Positions 42,588-52,678 of a DNA stretch of 64,000 nt are shown piece by piece. Position 1 is the stretch's first letter; the number at the start of each line of letters is the position of its first letter. The stretch is from Tetramitus jugosus (lineage: Eukaryota; Protista; Heterolobosea). Below the pieces are notes generated by a model. It saw only the letters and a list, made by a program, of their open reading frames with translations. It was not told the DNA's origin and searched no databases. The stretch spans positions 186,001 through 250,000 of the forward strand of contig OW569347.1 of NCBI GenBank assembly GCA_937625935.1, read 5' to 3'. The position numbers and the translations under genes were made by a program.

Positions 42588-45329
42588 TTAGGTATTCACT
42601 TGTAAATTTTGGATATTGTGCTCTGGCAGCACATTATCTTTTTCAATTTGAATCGTTATGTCTGTGATGGAACACTTGCTGTAGAACATATTCGTGAGTG
42701 TCGTCAATAACTCTTGTTCATTCACTTGATTCTGTACCCTAACATGAATACTGCCGACATGCACACCTGAGCTCATTGTCCAAAAGTGCGTATTGTACAC
42801 CTCATTCACTCCACTCATGTGCTGAATCTCGTGAATTGTGTCACATAGTTTTTGCTCAGAATGTGATGGGAATCTCTGCAAGAGAACAGCAACCGAGTTC
42901 GACAGAAGAGGATAACTTGCCATCAAAATGAGCACAGAAATCATGAGTGAGCAGAGTGGGTCCGCCAAGAACCAACCATAGTATTGCATGATTATCGTTG
43001 AAATGATAACACCAACACTACCGAGCGCATCTGCCAACATGTGCAAGTAAACTCCATGCATATTTTCATCATCATGGCTATGTCCGTGATCATGGAAGAA
43101 CACCACACCCATCAGATTGATCAAAAATCCTAGAATTGAGACAATCAATAAACGATTTGTGTCCACTGTAGGTGGATCAAACACACGATGGAACGCTTCA
43201 ATAAAGATGTAGCTAGAAATAAACACCAAGAGTAGTCCATTCACAAATCCAGACAGATACTCATATCGACTGTAGCCATAAGTGTATGTTTGATTTCTTT
43301 TCCATTTGGACATGTACGCGCCATAGAGACCAATACCCAATGCTGCACAATCAAACAACATATGTGCTGAATCGGAAATGAGTCCTAGGGAGTTGCTCCA
43401 AATACCATAAAATAGTTCCACAAACATAAACAATAGATTCGCAACCAAAAAGATGAACAAGTATCTCGAGTCTCTGTTCGACATGATAAATTGCAAATAT
43501 ACAATGGTGCCATTGCGTATGCGACTTAACAATCGACCACTCTTCTGCGTGTTTCCACTCAAAAATTTGTACGGAGCTCCTTCGCCATTCATCGTAAACG
43601 ACGCAAATGGAACATATTTTTCGTTTTGATTAATGGTCAGATCATAGACAATCTTAAGGAACATGAGACTGGCAAGGGTGAAAGCCATCGACGAGCGCCA
43701 ATAAAACATGGAGATCATCACAAATGTCCAAAACATTCTCCAATATAGGTTAGGAACAAGCAACTGTGTAATATCGTTCGATTGAGAGGCACTTGCCGCA
43801 GTGTTCGAGTATGATACATGACACAATCGCTCAGTATAATATGGAACAGTGAGCAAACAGCATCCAAACAACATGGTTCTCAAAATGTGGAACAATGAGA
43901 TCAATTGAAAACTTGTTCTCAAGTTGATTAGAATGCATAGTACAATCCATGGAACAAGCATGAATGCAGCAGCAATAATCGTGATCCAATAAGCAGCACC
44001 TGGAATAGGCAACTGTTGGTCAAAGTGAATCTTCTTCATATCGACTTGAAGTTTCTTCACATGATTCTTTCTCAGCACCGTAGCAATCAACGACAACGTA
44101 AACAAGCCAAAATAATATGATTTGTGCATCAAATCGTTGAATGTGATTCGTTGACCCATGAGAGCTAATGTTTCGAACCAAGTGGTTGGATTCGTGGAAT
44201 CTGCTGTTGTTGTTGCTGTTTGAGCAAACATGAGAAACAGTGCCCAAACAAACATGATGACATGCACAGGTTGACCCATGTTCCTATATGTTGATTTCCA
44301 TCCTAGTGCACTGCCCAACAAAATGGCAACACAATGCTCAAAATATTGCATCATGAACAAGCGCGGATAAGCAAACACATGAAGTGCATACAGCCACATC
44401 ATTGTAGACACAGTGATCCACGAGGAGTGAAACAAGAGTTTTGGCAGGAAAAAGGGTGAGAGAATCGTGTTGCGCAGTGCACTCAAACCACTCATGTAAT
44501 CTCTCACGTCTTCACCACTGCCACTGCTACTGTGATCTTCATCGCGATGCTTGGATGAGAATCGTCTCCGTATCCATTGACGAACTGAAGCATGTTCCAT
44601 CAATAACCACCCAATTGCACCTCCCATCAAAATGAAAAATGCAACAACTGATTTGTTGAGCAATGGTACTCTTGTTGTCAATTGATTGATGACCGGATCA
44701 TCATTTTCAGTACCACCACTACTAACTATGAAATCATCCATGTTTCCTCTGCTGCTACTGCTGCTACTACTGCTACTACTACTACCTAAAAACCACATTG
44801 CCACTTGTTGAAGGAGACCTGTAGCTGCACGATCCACTTCACTACCACTGTTATTGTTAGTATTCAATAAATGGAGAGATGTAGATTGGTTCATGAGATA
44901 ATAGATGTGAAAGGCAGCCCATATCTGAATCCATTTACTGACTGACCAAATGATCCATTTTGTGCAAGTGATTGACTTTTGATGTATCCATTGTGAAGTA
45001 TTGGTATTGATTGTTGTGGTTGATAGAGTTGCACCACCAGTATTGCTCAATAGTCCTGTTGTTGCTGTTGTTGTTGCTGTAGTTGTAGTTGTAGTTGCTG
45101 ATGATGACGTACTGTTTTTTTGATGATAGTACAGGGATATGAATGTGAGAAATTTGAGAGTGATTGAGTGAACAAGAGTGAATAAATAGGATGGTTGTTG
45201 TTGATCATAGTGTGTAGTTGCTGATGATGATGATGAAACAGGTGATGATGATGATGATGATGATGTGGGAAGAGTAGTCGTTGATGTTGCCGAGGAGGGT
45301 GATGATTGGAAAATATCCTCGGAGAACAT
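42588..45329 (-). CDS. CDF zinc transporter, ZnT5/Msc2 type
   Basis: FMFVELFYG..SNSLGLISDSAHMLFDC, YTYGYSR, HLxADxLGS-type motif (HMLADALGSVGVI), His loop, long multi-TM N-terminal extension. Confidence 0.9.
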   Translation of the reverse strand: MFSEDIFQSSPSSATSTTTLPTSSSSSSSPVSSSSSATTHYDQQQPSYLFTLVHSITLKFLTFISLYYHQKNSTSSSATTTTTTATTTATTGLLSNTGGATLSTTTINTNTSQWIHQKSITCTKWIIWSVSKWIQIWAAFHIYYLMNQSTSLHLLNTNNNSGSEVDRAATGLLQQVAMWFLGSSSSSSSSSSSRGNMDDFIVSSGGTENDDPVINQLTTRVPLLNKSVVAFFILMGGAIGWLLMEHASVRQWIRRRFSSKHRDEDHSSSGSGEDVRDYMSGLSALRNTILSPFFLPKLLFHSSWITVSTMMWLYALHVFAYPRLFMMQYFEHCVAILLGSALGWKSTYRNMGQPVHVIMFVWALFLMFAQTATTTADSTNPTTWFETLALMGQRITFNDLMHKSYYFGLFTLSLIATVLRKNHVKKLQVDMKKIHFDQQLPIPGAAYWITIIAAAFMLVPWIVLCILINLRTSFQLISLFHILRTMLFGCCLLTVPYYTERLCHVSYSNTAASASQSNDITQLLVPNLYWRMFWTFVMISMFYWRSSMAFTLASLMFLKIVYDLTINQNEKYVPFASFTMNGEGAPYKFLSGNTQKSGRLLSRIRNGTIVYLQFIMSNRDSRYLFIFLVANLLFMFVELFYGIWSNSLGLISDSAHMLFDCAALGIGLYGAYMSKWKRNQTYTYGYSRYEYLSGFVNGLLLVFISSYIFIEAFHRVFDPPTVDTNRLLIVSILGFLINLMGVVFFHDHGHSHDDENMHGVYLHMLADALGSVGVIISTIIMQYYGWFLADPLCSLMISVLILMASYPLLSNSVAVLLQRFPSHSEQKLCDTIHEIQHMSGVNEVYNTHFWTMSSGVHVGSIHVRVQNQVNEQELLTTLTNMFYSKCSITDITIQIEKDNVLPEHNIQNLQVNT

Positions 45330-45567
45330 GTTGATACAAGATAATGTGTTGTGAGTGTGGCGTATGTGTTTCTCTCTCGTGAGCTATCACTACAACACGT
45401 TTTTGATTCTTGTTTGTGGTGTTGTTTGATCGAAGGTTGTCCTTCTGGCAGCTTAAAAATAGTCACTGACTGGGAAGGCGGGCGATTCCTTTTTACAGTT
45501 CGAACCGAAACTAAAATTCGTCCACGTCCAATCGGGAATGCACAAAAGTTGACCACAGTTTCCATCT

Positions 45568-48216
45568 ATGATACGAAAAGCATTTTCAAATTTGAAGTTG
45601 GATAAGGATGTTTTGATAGTGAATGAAGAAGACGATGAAGATTACACACCCAGCAGTGTCATTTCTTTCAAGGACAGTCCAATGAATTTTGTTCGGATTG
45701 CTGATCGAAAACCACTCGGCTTAAATAGCAAGAAGAAGAAGGAAAACTCAGTAAATAGCAAAGATGTCTTGCTAGAAATGTTTGAATTGTTTGGAGTACA
45801 TGCGGACGAGGAGGACATGGAGAGTCCTCGGAGAGTGCAGTTCTCACCAAGGAAGGAAACATCAGGGATTCCTATTCCATCCAGTCACCTCTCTATCTTA
45901 CTCTTGGGAACGCCAGTGGCACAATTGGAAGCAATGGTTGAAGCTGAACAATCTCGAAAGAAGAAGTACAATCAAAAAACAAAGCAGAGAAAGGTGACTC
46001 GAGAGGAGGAGAAAGAGAATGAAGCTAAGAGTTTTTTGCAAGGTTTCGAATTTAATAGTTTGATTTATCGAAGAATGAGGTACCAAAAGTTCAGACAAAT
46101 TATGATTGAGTCCATCTTTCACTCTCCCAGCAGAGGCAATATTGATAATCTTCTGGGTTACAATTCGAGGGAGAGATATAACAATTTCAAGATGACAGCA
46201 ATGGAATGCTACACCAAAATGTGTTACTTAGCTTCTCTAAGATGCCCTGAATGTTCAGTCGAGGAAGCTATCGAAAAGTGTTGTTTGCAGTACTTGGTGC
46301 CATATTTTTCCAAAACTTTGAATGCTGCCACGAAACTTCTCCGTGGATTTTGTTCCTGGATTACGGATGATGCAGATGTGGCAGCGATGTTCCATTTTTA
46401 TCAAGCACCTTTACATAGACTCCTTCTTCACTACAGCAAGAAGAATGTGGTAGATGGAGAGTTGTCTAAGACTGATCTGTTAATGGGAAACAATACTATG
46501 AGTTTAACTTCTCTTCTCGAGTTTGCCAAAGAATTCCAAGTTATTCCCAATTTTGTTCGAGAAAAGGAGCTCTGCTCTATGCATGAAGCGATAAAGAGTC
46601 TGAGTCAAACCTCAATCACAACGAACATCAACAAGCTATCACCAAATGAAGGTTCTTCTGTCAAAACGAATTTGAATATTAGAGAATTCACCGAAATCAT
46701 TGCAAGAATAGCTGGGCAATTGAAGAAAGAAGATACTATCCAGAATAAGTGTCGAGATATACTTGATTATTTGGAGATGAAGTATGTGGAGAAATATGGA
46801 GAGCCTATGTTGGAAGAAAAACTTCGAGTGTTACGAACCAGACTCACACGAAATAAGATAGATAGAACTCAATTAGAACTACACCTCGACTTTAACACGA
46901 TCACAGGAGAAAGTGGTGTGTTGATGTCAAAGGAGGAAGCAAATGCCCTCCGTGAACAATCGAACAAAAGAGAGGATGAAATAAGCACATCAACAGATGT
47001 TTTCTCATCTAAGAGAGGCCACGAACGCTTTCGTGAAAGGCACACGTTAATCGAAGAGAGTGACAAGAACCTGATTCTGCTTCTAGGCGAGGAGATAGGA
47101 AGGTTTCTGTTGGGACATGAACTCATTTTTCAGATATTCCAAATGTATTGCAGCGTAGAAGGGATGAACGACACTCAGAATGTGTTGTCACTTCGCCAAT
47201 GGCAAAGTTTGTACTCTGATCTTGGCATCCTCGAAAGTTTAGGAAAACATGTAGGGAATGAGGAGGAGACAGAAGATTTTTTAAACTCCCTCTTTGTTAA
47301 CAAATCCACTTTAGTTCTGGACAATGCACGGTACTTGACTTATCATGACTTGTTACATTCCTTGTACTCTATTTGGGAGAGAATTGGTGAAGGATATGCG
47401 ACGAAACTTAAAAATACTAGAAAGATTATGGACCTAGGCAACTTTGTTAAGAAGCACTTCAACTCTGGCAGCTTACACCTAGCAAGCTCTCGCATTTCAA
47501 GAGGAAACAATAGTAAAAATTTGGGAAATCGGTGTTGTGTACTTGGATCGGATTCTAGGTACTTAAAGATGCCGAAGAGAAAGGAGAGACTATTCGATAT
47601 CTTCAAGGGACCCAAGATGATAGCAAAGTGTCAGAATCAACCTGGTGTTGTGTTGTACGAGGGAAAAAACCCTAATGGCGATTCTTCGAATTGGGAAAGG
47701 TGTTCGTACATGACTCTTGTCATGCTTAACTTGGAAGATGAAGGAGTTGACTTCGAAGAAGAAACGAGATACCACATCCGGCTACATGCTTCTATAGCTC
47801 ACAGTTTTGATCAATTCCTAGAACGATTGCTAGACTACGGTTTAGATGTTATCGGATCTATTTATCCATTGCAAGTTTACTCTTCAAGGTTGGATGTCAC
47901 TCAAAGACAAGATCTCTTGGAAGTTAATCGAATACTTAATCTGGGGCGTTCGTGGCGTTTAAGGAATTCCCAGTTTAAGGTTGTGGGATTCCTCTTGGAC
48001 AGTCCCGGTTACTTTTGCTGTTTAGATTGGATTCCTGAAGCTGACAGTTTGTTCAGTGAGTTCTATTCGGTCACCATGTATATCAATCCAAGCGAGCCAG
48101 AGTTCACACAATGCTTCGATCTTTTTCACAAATGCAAGGACATTGCAGCTTTTCGCGAACGACTAGAAGAGAGGTCCATTGTTTGTGTTGGTTCACTTTA
48201 CAGTGTATTGAATTAG
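45568..48216 (+). CDS. Hypothetical 882-aa protein (weak EF-hand-like segments)
   Basis: Long uninterrupted ORF. No confident family. Confidence 0.7.
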   Translation: MIRKAFSNLKLDKDVLIVNEEDDEDYTPSSVISFKDSPMNFVRIADRKPLGLNSKKKKENSVNSKDVLLEMFELFGVHADEEDMESPRRVQFSPRKETSGIPIPSSHLSILLLGTPVAQLEAMVEAEQSRKKKYNQKTKQRKVTREEEKENEAKSFLQGFEFNSLIYRRMRYQKFRQIMIESIFHSPSRGNIDNLLGYNSRERYNNFKMTAMECYTKMCYLASLRCPECSVEEAIEKCCLQYLVPYFSKTLNAATKLLRGFCSWITDDADVAAMFHFYQAPLHRLLLHYSKKNVVDGELSKTDLLMGNNTMSLTSLLEFAKEFQVIPNFVREKELCSMHEAIKSLSQTSITTNINKLSPNEGSSVKTNLNIREFTEIIARIAGQLKKEDTIQNKCRDILDYLEMKYVEKYGEPMLEEKLRVLRTRLTRNKIDRTQLELHLDFNTITGESGVLMSKEEANALREQSNKREDEISTSTDVFSSKRGHERFRERHTLIEESDKNLILLLGEEIGRFLLGHELIFQIFQMYCSVEGMNDTQNVLSLRQWQSLYSDLGILESLGKHVGNEEETEDFLNSLFVNKSTLVLDNARYLTYHDLLHSLYSIWERIGEGYATKLKNTRKIMDLGNFVKKHFNSGSLHLASSRISRGNNSKNLGNRCCVLGSDSRYLKMPKRKERLFDIFKGPKMIAKCQNQPGVVLYEGKNPNGDSSNWERCSYMTLVMLNLEDEGVDFEEETRYHIRLHASIAHSFDQFLERLLDYGLDVIGSIYPLQVYSSRLDVTQRQDLLEVNRILNLGRSWRLRNSQFKVVGFLLDSPGYFCCLDWIPEADSLFSEFYSVTMYINPSEPEFTQCFDLFHKCKDIAAFRERLEERSIVCVGSLYSVLN

Positions 48217-48483
48217 TCCGTCCCAATGCACAAAATCTGGAACAATCATCGAATCAGTTGCTCCACAACGCGTGGGAATTTTTCTGCGCGCATCCATACG
48301 AGGCTGTGGGGCTATCCATGTATGGTCAGAAACCACGCTTCTTTGGCGCAGACAGTTTCTCCTCTCTCACTTTTCAACAGCCACCAATCAATCCAAAAGG
48401 AACACGACACAACAAACAAAACAAAACAAAACCACAACACCAGTTCACTTCATCAACCTGCGACACCCACAAAACTCATTAAC

Positions 48484-49275
48484 ATGTCACGCATCACATC
48501 TGCAAGCAAACTCCTCTTCCGTCAATTGTTTGACCCAGAGAGCTCCACCTATACTTACTTGATTGCATGCCCACGCACCAGAGAAGCCGTCATTGTCGAT
48601 TCTGTCTACGAGCAAGTCGAAAGAGATGTTCAACAGATTGAGAGACTCGGTGTTCATTTGAAGGCCATTCTTGACACTCACGTCCATGCCGATCACATTA
48701 GTGGTGCCATTGGTCTCCATCATAGACTCAAGCTCCCATCCAATGTTCCCATCATTCACGGTCATAACAGTGGTGTGATTCTGAGAGAGGAACATGTGCA
48801 AGATGGAATTCGAGTGGATTTTGTGAAAGATTTGGACAAGGTTCAATTCGGTGATCGTTATTTGACTGTGAGAGAGACACCTGGTCACACGGATCATCAT
48901 TTGTCATTTGTGATGGACGATGAATCATTTGTGTTGACTGGTTGCTCATTGTATATTGGTAATTGTGGAAGAACTGACTTCCAAGGCGGTAGTTCTGAAC
49001 AAATGTATCACTCTATCAAGGATAAGCTATTTACCTTGCCTGATGACTGTGTTTTGTACCCTGGTCACAATTATCATGGATGTCTCTCTTCGACTATTGG
49101 TGAAGAGAAGAAGTTTAATCTCAGAATCCCAGAGAGTCAAACATTGGACGGATTCGTCAATCTGATGAACAATTTGAAATTGCCTCACCCAAAAAAGATT
49201 CACATCTCTGTCCCTGCAAACATTGTTGGTGGATGGCCAGCTGCTAGTGTACAACAAGATGGTGACTCTGCTTAA
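48484..49275 (+). CDS. ETHE1: Persulfide dioxygenase ETHE1 (metallo-beta-lactamase fold)
   Basis: LLFRQLFDPESSTYTYL, THVHADH, TPGHT, CGRTDFQGG, VPAN. Confidence 0.93.
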   Translation: MSRITSASKLLFRQLFDPESSTYTYLIACPRTREAVIVDSVYEQVERDVQQIERLGVHLKAILDTHVHADHISGAIGLHHRLKLPSNVPIIHGHNSGVILREEHVQDGIRVDFVKDLDKVQFGDRYLTVRETPGHTDHHLSFVMDDESFVLTGCSLYIGNCGRTDFQGGSSEQMYHSIKDKLFTLPDDCVLYPGHNYHGCLSSTIGEEKKFNLRIPESQTLDGFVNLMNNLKLPHPKKIHISVPANIVGGWPAASVQQDGDSA

Positions 49276-49347
49276 GTCAATATCCATGGGAAGCATGAAA
49301 ACAATCAAGGATAATAATAAAATCTTTACTACGTGGAAGCGATCATT

Positions 49348-51066
49348 TTAGAAATCAGGAGCAAAAACGTTCGTTGATGAAGGTAGTTCGCTCATTGCCA
49401 CTTCATTGACGGATTCTTCAATGTTTTCCAGTTCGAAATCATCTTCAAAGTGAGTATCGAAACTGTCTCTGACAGCAACATCTGGAGAGTCCGTTTGACC
49501 TGGTGAATCATGCATTATTTGTGTCTCAGAGAGTCTCTTCTTCATGATTGGTAGTTTGGACTTCTCTGCTATCGCCTTTTGCACAGGTTTTGGGCTCTCC
49601 TTTTTGGAAACTTTAACGCTTGTTGGTGGTTTTGTTGTTGTCGTGGATTGTTTCTGCTCAGTTAACTTTTGTTTCGTCACACCTGAAGGATTAGAACTCT
49701 CCTTCTTTTGATTCGTGGGACTCTTTCCGCCCCCCGAGGTTTTAGCTTGTAAAATAGCAACCCTCAATTGTTTATCTTTTTCTTCCACCTGATTCCTCGT
49801 TTCTTCCAACTGCTGCTCGAGTTTCGATATTGTCTGTTTCAATTGATTCACCTGCATGGCTGCTTGTTTTCGGAATGATTCTTTAGAATTCATTTCAATA
49901 GCCAATTTCTTCTCTATTGTTTCTAATTGCTTGCTTTTTGCTTCTAAATCTTGTTCCAACTTCTTGCTCTCAACAATTCCTCCCTTGGTTAAGTTTGCTT
50001 GTTTCATTATCTCTTCCAAGTTTCTATATTTTGCTTCTGCTAACTCTAACATTTTTGACTTTTGCTCAACAATTTGTTTCGCTTTTTCATGATCCTCCTT
50101 GACCTTTCTCATCTTTTCCTTTATGAAATTAATTTCACTTTTCAATTGGGTCACAATCTTATCCGAGTCAGTATTGTAGCTCTCCAGAGCTTTTGACTGC
50201 TCTCTTTCAACATTCTTCAAACTCTTGTTCTCTTCCTTTAGTTTTTGTATCTTTAACTTCTTTGCTTGTAATCGGTTTTCGAGGGTCATGCTCCGGTCAG
50301 ACTCTGATGATGCTCCCAATCTTACTTTCAATTCATCATTTGATTTTTTGAGTATTACAATTTGATGCATCAAGTTCTTGATCTCCTGATCTGAAGCAGT
50401 GGATGGTAGCTTCTTAGGTCTAGCAATTTGAACACCTTTTCGGGCCAATTGCCTGTCCAAGGTTTCATTGAGCTCCATTAATTGATTCTTTAAAGTTTGA
50501 TTTGCCTCTTTCAGCATTTCAATAGTTCTACGGTCTTCTTCTCTAGATTCAGGAGTTTTCCTTCTTGATTTCTTCCTTTTCTTTGTTGAAGAGTCGATAT
50601 CAGTGTCATGATTGACGGCAACTTCAGGACTATCATGCTGCAGCACCTCTTCATCCAGTGTCAAAAATCTGGTCTTTCTTCCACCTTCTTGGGAAGAAGT
50701 ACTCATTCGTTCGTCCTCAAGCTCGTCTAAACCATCCATGTTATCCAAGACGCTGACAGAATTCAAATGATCAATTTCTGAGTCATTTTCTCTACTTTGT
50801 GACTCGTCTAAATGGCGATGATTCTTGGCCTTTTTCTTGCTACTTCTTGAACTTCTGGGCTTCTTTCCTTCCTCGATATCAATATTCGATGATTCTCCAT
50901 TCTCATACGAGTTGAATGTCTCTGTGATTGAACTCTCATCGTTTGGAATAGCACTACCCTGTTCCTTGTGATCGACGAAATGGTCCTCATCAGGTAGATA
51001 GTCAAAGTTCTCTGTACTAAAATCTATATCCTCCAAGTCAGTGGTGAAGTCAAATGATTCATCCAT
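49348..51066 (-). CDS. Lebercilin (LCA5)-like coiled-coil protein
   Basis: LKEENKSLKNVEREQSKALESY...SEINFIKEKMRK...EEKDKQL resembles the lebercilin domain. Acidic N-terminus. Confidence 0.6.
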   Translation of the reverse strand: MDESFDFTTDLEDIDFSTENFDYLPDEDHFVDHKEQGSAIPNDESSITETFNSYENGESSNIDIEEGKKPRSSRSSKKKAKNHRHLDESQSRENDSEIDHLNSVSVLDNMDGLDELEDERMSTSSQEGGRKTRFLTLDEEVLQHDSPEVAVNHDTDIDSSTKKRKKSRRKTPESREEDRRTIEMLKEANQTLKNQLMELNETLDRQLARKGVQIARPKKLPSTASDQEIKNLMHQIVILKKSNDELKVRLGASSESDRSMTLENRLQAKKLKIQKLKEENKSLKNVEREQSKALESYNTDSDKIVTQLKSEINFIKEKMRKVKEDHEKAKQIVEQKSKMLELAEAKYRNLEEIMKQANLTKGGIVESKKLEQDLEAKSKQLETIEKKLAIEMNSKESFRKQAAMQVNQLKQTISKLEQQLEETRNQVEEKDKQLRVAILQAKTSGGGKSPTNQKKESSNPSGVTKQKLTEQKQSTTTTKPPTSVKVSKKESPKPVQKAIAEKSKLPIMKKRLSETQIMHDSPGQTDSPDVAVRDSFDTHFEDDFELENIEESVNEVAMSELPSSTNVFAPDF

Positions 51067-51336
51067 TTTTCTGTGCTTTTCATGGACACTAGTTGTTCCG
51101 TAGTTCCAATGTGGCGCTTTTCACCGCCTGTTTCAATTTTTCCGCTCTGCTAAATTGCCCACCAATATCAATGGGAAGCCTCAAGGGTTTTATGGTCAAG
51201 AATTCTTGGCGGTGCAGAATATGATACCACCATTGCGTCCAAGGAAGTTCATCTCATCTTGGTTTGGCGAGATGAAACACAAAAGCGGAGTTTTTTGTTT
51301 TTTGGCGCCAATCCAACAAACGCAAGAACCAAAACA

Positions 51337-52135
51337 ATGTCACTCGAAGCACACAACCCAATGATCGATGGTTTTCCATCAGACTACGTGAATCCAAGAA
51401 TCAGTCAAAAGGCTATCTTCATTGTACGTATCATCATACAACATATCAACCTAAAGCTTTATTTTTTTGATCGCTCATTCATGATTGATTCGCTCACCAC
51501 CATCACGTACCTTTTTGTTTCAAAAAAACAGGAAAATGTGGAAACATATGCCAAACAACAATTGGGCAAGGACAATGATTTGACTGATGTGAGCACTATC
51601 GTAAAAAAACTTCAACAGCAGAGAGATCAATATGACATGATGGAGAGAAGAGCTTTGCACAGGAAGGAAAATTTGAAGAAGAAGGTTCCTGAGATCACAA
51701 AGACACTCGACGCTGTTGAATTCTTGAAGAGGAAGAATGAGGAAGATGAACAAGTGAACACTCATTTCCTCATTTCTGAAAATGTCTATGTCAATGCTGC
51801 TGTGAAGAAGACTGACGCTGTTGCTTTGTGGTTGGGTGTATGTACATTATACGTTGATGGTGAAACATTTTTTTGCGAGTCTGACTCATTACTAAATCAA
51901 TGATGAAAATGTTGCTTTTTTCGAATAGGCCAATGTGATGGTTGAATACACATTTGATGAAGCTATTGACCTGCTGTCAAAGAATTTGGCCATGGCACAG
52001 CAAATGCTCGAGGAAGTTACCGAGGATTTGGCTTACATTAAGGATCAGAAGACAACTACTGAAGTGAATGTTTCCAGAATGCACAACTTTGGTGTCAAGA
52101 TGAGAGCAAAGGCAAGAGCTGCCACTGCAAAATAA
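51337..52135 (+). CDS. VBP1: Prefoldin subunit 3 (introns 51424-51531 and 51838-51928)
   Basis: NPRISQKAIFI/ENVE, KVPEITKTL, VALWLG/ANVMVEY, DQKTTTEVNVSRMHN. Confidence 0.93.
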
Positions 52136-52678
52136 AAAGTATAACCTTATTGTCATTTCTTTTTGCGATGATATCAGCAAGTGCAAAAGGATATTGTTAC
52201 AATTTCTCATTAAGTATTAGCCGATAATTGTTCAGCACATTCTGCCTCAGAACCATAGGAATAAATTTGTTGTAATCAGAGAGATTGCTTGAGATCGATG
52301 ACATGTTCGCCATGTGAAGTGTTTGCATCTCATTTGTTGATTGAGTCATTTTCTCACTCTGTCAGCATAATATTGTGGGTCAAATCTGACCTGTTTTTGA
52401 GAAATTATTTCCTGCGAACGGAACGAACTCCATGAAAGAGCTGGCCATTTGGAACTCTAAATTATCGAAGTTCAGAGTGTATCACTTTGATTGACAACAA
52501 TTTGGTGGAATTATGCTCAACTGCTCTCAATAACTTTGTAATTGAGCGTTGAAGTAAACTGTAAATGAGTTGTTTTAGGCGGAACATTTTCATTCTCCTT
52601 TTCTCCTGATGAACCTCAAAAACAGTATCGTTCTGACCACCAACAACAAAATCCAATCATCATCAACAGTCAACTGTA

